Assembly: GCA_050246815.1 (NCBI GenBank)
Contig: JBFWVI010000026.1
Coordinates: forward strand, 22,819-43,953
Source of the DNA: Bdellovibrionales bacterium
GTDB taxonomy: Bacteria; Bdellovibrionota; Bdellovibrionia; Bdellovibrionales; UBA1609
Length of the DNA stretch: 21,135 nucleotides
Direction: 5' to 3'
Position numbers and translations under genes: made by a program. The notes under the pieces were generated by a model. That model was not told the DNA's origin, did not search any database, and worked only from the letters and a program-made list of their open reading frames with translations. Numbering within the stretch: the stretch's first letter is position 1; every line of letters begins with the position of its first letter. This document shows positions 17,665-21,135 of this stretch, one piece after another.

Positions 17665-18731
17665 GACTGAGCCACCTCGAACCGACCGCGCCACAAGCGC
17701 CCCTTGCTTCGACGCTCGCTGAGCAAAATTTCGATCAAAGCCAAAATTAAAGCCAGCAACAAATACGGTTGATAGTCCTCGTTATAGCTGGTGATTTCGG
17801 CATCGTCGAACTGGGCTTTTTGCAAACGATCCAAATCTGCCAGGATCTGGCGAACAGTATCACCGCCAAACACAAGATGATAAAAGCGGCCGCGCCCGGC
17901 ATCGCTGAGCTCGCGCAAACTTTTGTCGACCACTTTGGTGACGACTTCTTGACCATTTCGATCACGCAAGTTGCCGATCAAATTGCCGCGTTCATCACGC
18001 ATCGGGATTGCGCCACCGCGTTCGGTGCCGATCGCCAAACCATAAAGCCGCACGCCCTGGCCGGTCAGATCTTTGATGATTTCGCTCGCGCCAGATTCGT
18101 TGTCTTCACCATCAGACACCACCAAAATCACTCGGGTGACGGCCGAATCATCGCCGGTGTCGGCACCGCCGCGTTCAAAAGCGCCTTTGGCTTCGCTTAA
18201 AGCGCGGCGAAAATCCGTGCCCTGCGAAGACACCGCCGTCGGCGATAAAGATTCCAAAAACATATTCAGTGCCGACTTGTCCGTGGTCAGCGGAGAAAGC
18301 GTGACGGCACTGCCGGCAAAAGCCACCAAGCCAATTTTATTGCCTCCCGAGGCATTCACAAAACGAATCATTTCTTTTTTCGCCAGCTCTAAACGCGAGG
18401 GCCGTACATCCTCGGCCATCATGCTCTGTGAGACGTCGACCAGCATCATGATCTCAACGCCTTCACTTTTGACTTTTTGTTTGCTGGAACCAGATTGGGG
18501 GCGGGCCAAGGCGGTCACAAACAAAGCCAAGACCACCAGCTCCAAAACCAATTTCAAACGCCGCCGCCCGGTCGACACCGACGCCGTCAACAGCGGCAAA
18601 AGTTTTTTGCTTAAGGCTTTGGCCATTTGGCGGCTGCTTTCGCGGGTCATAAACCAGGCCAAGCCCCAAACCACCGGCACCGCCCACAAAAACTGTAAAG
18701 CGGCGGGGTTTTCAAAACGATCGGCGATCAA
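17661..18731 (-). CDS. batB: BatB-like VWA membrane protein
   Basis: ALARPQ, MIDAS DVSQSM, DVRPSRLELAK, PLTTD, SDGED; TM segments at both ends. TTG start overlaps the batA stop. Confidence 0.88.
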   Translation of the reverse strand: MIADRFENPAALQFLWAVPVVWGLAWFMTRESSRQMAKALSKKLLPLLTASVSTGRRRLKLVLELVVLALFVTALARPQSGSSKQKVKSEGVEIMMLVDVSQSMMAEDVRPSRLELAKKEMIRFVNASGGNKIGLVAFAGSAVTLSPLTTDKSALNMFLESLSPTAVSSQGTDFRRALSEAKGAFERGGADTGDDSAVTRVILVVSDGEDNESGASEIIKDLTGQGVRLYGLAIGTERGGAIPMRDERGNLIGNLRDRNGQEVVTKVVDKSLRELSDAGRGRFYHLVFGGDTVRQILADLDRLQKAQFDDAEITSYNEDYQPYLLLALILALIEILLSERRSKGRLWRGRFEVAQS

Positions 18732-19735
18732 GGGCCCCTCCTAAACCAGGTGTAACCTGAAAGAAGGGCCAAAAGATAAAACAACACCGCCCACTGCAAA
18801 TACGGCGGGAAAAGCTCGGCGTATTTGGTGTACTGATTGACTTCAATCTTGGTGCGCTCAAGACGGTCGATGTCTTCGAACACCTTTTTCAAAGCATTGG
18901 TGGTGGTGGCACGATAATATTTGCCGTTGGTTTGCTCGGCGATGCGGCCTAAAAGTTCATCGTTTACGCTGGAATGAATTGGTCTGTAGCGTTTGATTTT
19001 TTCGCCTGTGCCGGTGTCGATGTAAACAGGCAGTTGCGCCTGCCCGTCTTGGCCCGCGCCGATGGTGTAGACCCGAATACCAAAGCCCTTGGCGATTTCT
19101 AAGGCCGTGTCGGGATCGATGGTGCCACTGTTGTTTTCGCCGTCGGTCAACAAAATCACCACGCGGCTTTTGGCGGTGGAATCTTTTAGCCGCGCCACCG
19201 CGTTGGCCAGCGCCACGCCGATGGCAGTGCCCATCTTGATATAGCGGGCGGTTTCGACCGCAGCCAAACTCTTTTGCAGCAACGGATAATCCAAGGTCAG
19301 GGGCACCCGAGTGTAAGATTCACCGCTGAAAACCACCAGCCCGATGCGGTCTGAAATGCGTTTTTCTATAAATTGTTTAATGATCAGCTTGCAAGACTCC
19401 ATGCGGTTTTCGGGTTGCATGTCTTCGATTAGCATCGAATCTGAAATATCCAAGGCAACCATGATATCGATGCCCTCGACGTTGCGTTTGATTTTGGTGT
19501 CGGCGCGCTGCGGACGAGCTAAGGCCACCACCGCTAAAATCAACGCGATCACTTTTAAAACTAGCGGCACAAAGGCCAGCTGCGCCCGCATTCCACGGCC
19601 CACCTTGCGCAAAGCTTGAAGACTTGAAAACTGCAAAGTGGCATGCATACTTCGGCGCTTCCACCAACGCCAAGCCAAAACCAAAATCAACGGCAATAAA
19701 AACGCAAATGCCCAAAGCGAAGCCCAAGTGGTCAT
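18728..19735 (-). CDS. batA: BatA-like VWA membrane protein
   Basis: ALARPQ, GIDIMVALDISDSM (MIDAS), DRIGLVVF, PLTLD, GTAIG, ILLTDGENNSG. Confidence 0.92.
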   Translation of the reverse strand: MTTWASLWAFAFLLPLILVLAWRWWKRRSMHATLQFSSLQALRKVGRGMRAQLAFVPLVLKVIALILAVVALARPQRADTKIKRNVEGIDIMVALDISDSMLIEDMQPENRMESCKLIIKQFIEKRISDRIGLVVFSGESYTRVPLTLDYPLLQKSLAAVETARYIKMGTAIGVALANAVARLKDSTAKSRVVILLTDGENNSGTIDPDTALEIAKGFGIRVYTIGAGQDGQAQLPVYIDTGTGEKIKRYRPIHSSVNDELLGRIAEQTNGKYYRATTTNALKKVFEDIDRLERTKIEVNQYTKYAELFPPYLQWAVLFYLLALLSGYTWFRRGP

Positions 19736-20775
19736 GGGTGACCACCCTTCGAGCGCTCAATTTTCTCAGCGGTACGCCGACTCATCTCGTGCAGCTGGTG
19801 ACAATCGATAAAACTTAAGCGCTTCGAGGCCCGGGCGCGCTTTAGCTCTCGTAAAACACTATAAATTTCGGCCCCCGATTTTTTATAAAGCATCTTGTGG
19901 CGCTTGCGAATGTCGCGAATAACGGCGGCGTCCGACCACTCGGCGGCCGGCACTAAAAGTTCGCGCGAAATGTACTGACGAAAACTTTCATTTAAACCTT
20001 GTGCGTAATCTTCAGGTTTGTGGTTATCATCGGCCATTGACACGCCCTCGTAGCGTCGTAATAGTGCGCGCAGTTCTTTGTGCAATTGCGCATACGGCGA
20101 CAGCACCGAAGCCTTGGCTTGGATCTTCTCGAGCAAGCGCTGACGGGCCCGATAGCGCTGCACCCGCCACCAAGTCAAAGCCCCCACCAAAAAAATAAAA
20201 AGACCGATGCCGGTCCAAAGCCACCATGGCCAATGGATCACCAAAGGCCCAAATGGCGGAAAAGGTTTGGGGGGCTGCCCCTGCTGCGGCTGAACAACGG
20301 TTTCGATCCGCCATTTTAAATCATGTACACGCACCTGATTGGCGCCCACACCGATAGCCACAAGCCCGCTGTATTCGCCAGCTTTATAACCCGTGACAAC
20401 CAATTCTGCGGAGTTGGCGTCGGCCTTGTTCACTTTTAAAACCTGTAGCGTAAAAGAGTCCTCTGGCGTGGCGAAGGCCAAAGGTGGCACGGCCGTCCAT
20501 GGCGGGATACTAGGCCCCGAGCAATTCAGTAAAAATTTTGCGCCCACAGTCAGTTGGTTCAAATCCGGGCCATCATTGGCTTTGGCGATTTTGCAATCCC
20601 ACAATGGGCCTTCACTTGTGGCAAAATCGGGAGCTGGTCCAGAAAACACCGGCACGCCATCTTTGTTGCCAATTTGCTTTTGCTGCATGGGCGGCGCTGG
20701 CGTTGCCTGCGGCGGGTGCAGTCGTCCGCCCTCTTGGGTCGGCAAATTCTGTGCGGGTTTACGGGCGCCACTCAT
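19732..20775 (-). CDS. Hypothetical single-pass membrane protein of the Bat operon
   Basis: ATGA overlaps at both ends; central TM WPWWLWTGIGLFIFLVGALTWW; helical basic C-terminal domain; occupies the usual position between DUF58 and batA. Confidence 0.85.
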   Translation of the reverse strand: MSGARKPAQNLPTQEGGRLHPPQATPAPPMQQKQIGNKDGVPVFSGPAPDFATSEGPLWDCKIAKANDGPDLNQLTVGAKFLLNCSGPSIPPWTAVPPLAFATPEDSFTLQVLKVNKADANSAELVVTGYKAGEYSGLVAIGVGANQVRVHDLKWRIETVVQPQQGQPPKPFPPFGPLVIHWPWWLWTGIGLFIFLVGALTWWRVQRYRARQRLLEKIQAKASVLSPYAQLHKELRALLRRYEGVSMADDNHKPEDYAQGLNESFRQYISRELLVPAAEWSDAAVIRDIRKRHKMLYKKSGAEIYSVLRELKRARASKRLSFIDCHQLHEMSRRTAEKIERSKGGHP

Positions 20776-21135
20776 CGCTTGTGCCTGCGCTGAAAGAAAT
20801 GAACCAAAGGCTGCACGATATCTTGATCGGTTAAAACGTCGATGCGTTCAATTTGTGCACGACGCAGCTCTTGATCACGCAATTCTTTGCGCTCGTTCAT
20901 GTATTTTTCGTATTGACGGCGCACAAATTTTGACGAGGTGTCGAGCGTCAGAATTTCGCCGGTTTCAGGATCTTCCATATCTAACAGCCCGACATTGGGC
21001 AATCTTAGCTCGGCCGGATCGGCCACCACCACGGCCACCGCTTCGTGCTTTTTGCCGATCATGCTCAAAGAGCGGTCAAAGCCGTGATCAAAAAAATCGC
21101 TGAACAAAAAAACATTGGCCTTTTTCTTAAGCACG
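20772..21135 (-). CDS. DUF58-family protein, C-terminal part; start lies beyond the right edge
   Basis: VFLFSDFF, KKHEAVAVVVADPAE, LPNVGLL.MEDPETGE, LVHFFQRR are typical of MoxR-associated DUF58 proteins. Confidence 0.88.
   Translation of the reverse strand, partial: VLKKKANVFLFSDFFDHGFDRSLSMIGKKHEAVAVVVADPAELRLPNVGLLDMEDPETGEILTLDTSSKFVRRQYEKYMNERKELRDQELRRAQIERIDVLTDQDIVQPLVHFFQRRHKR

Noticed and set aside
10767..21103. Long plus-strand ORFs such as 11504-12259, 18073-18744 and 20393-21103
   Set aside because: Antisense to well-supported genes, with no recognisable domains.

Overview
Bacterial chromosomal window, probably Bdellovibrionota (inferred from gene content and a stand-alone c-di-GMP riboswitch RNA). 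Minus strand, right to left: a translationally coupled Bat-type operon (partial DUF58, membrane protein, VWA proteins BatA and BatB, TPR protein BatC, BatD) runs directly into a TPR-Slt lytic transglycosylase and a LysM-MltD lipoprotein. Next come a + strand membrane protein with a degenerate J-like domain and a divergent Mrp/ApbC ATPase lacking CxxC. The left side holds glyQS-ppdK-smc; smc is partial and missing from the ORF track. The most interesting part is 6.8-9.4 kb. Two convergent genes for predicted secreted proteins, one with amidoligase-like motifs, are bracketed by two inverted copies of a 40-bp element with a palindromic core. These are followed by a ~330-nt transcription unit with a c-di-GMP-I aptamer and its own terminator but no downstream gene (merRNA-like). 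All calls come from reading the sequence by eye; no searches were run.
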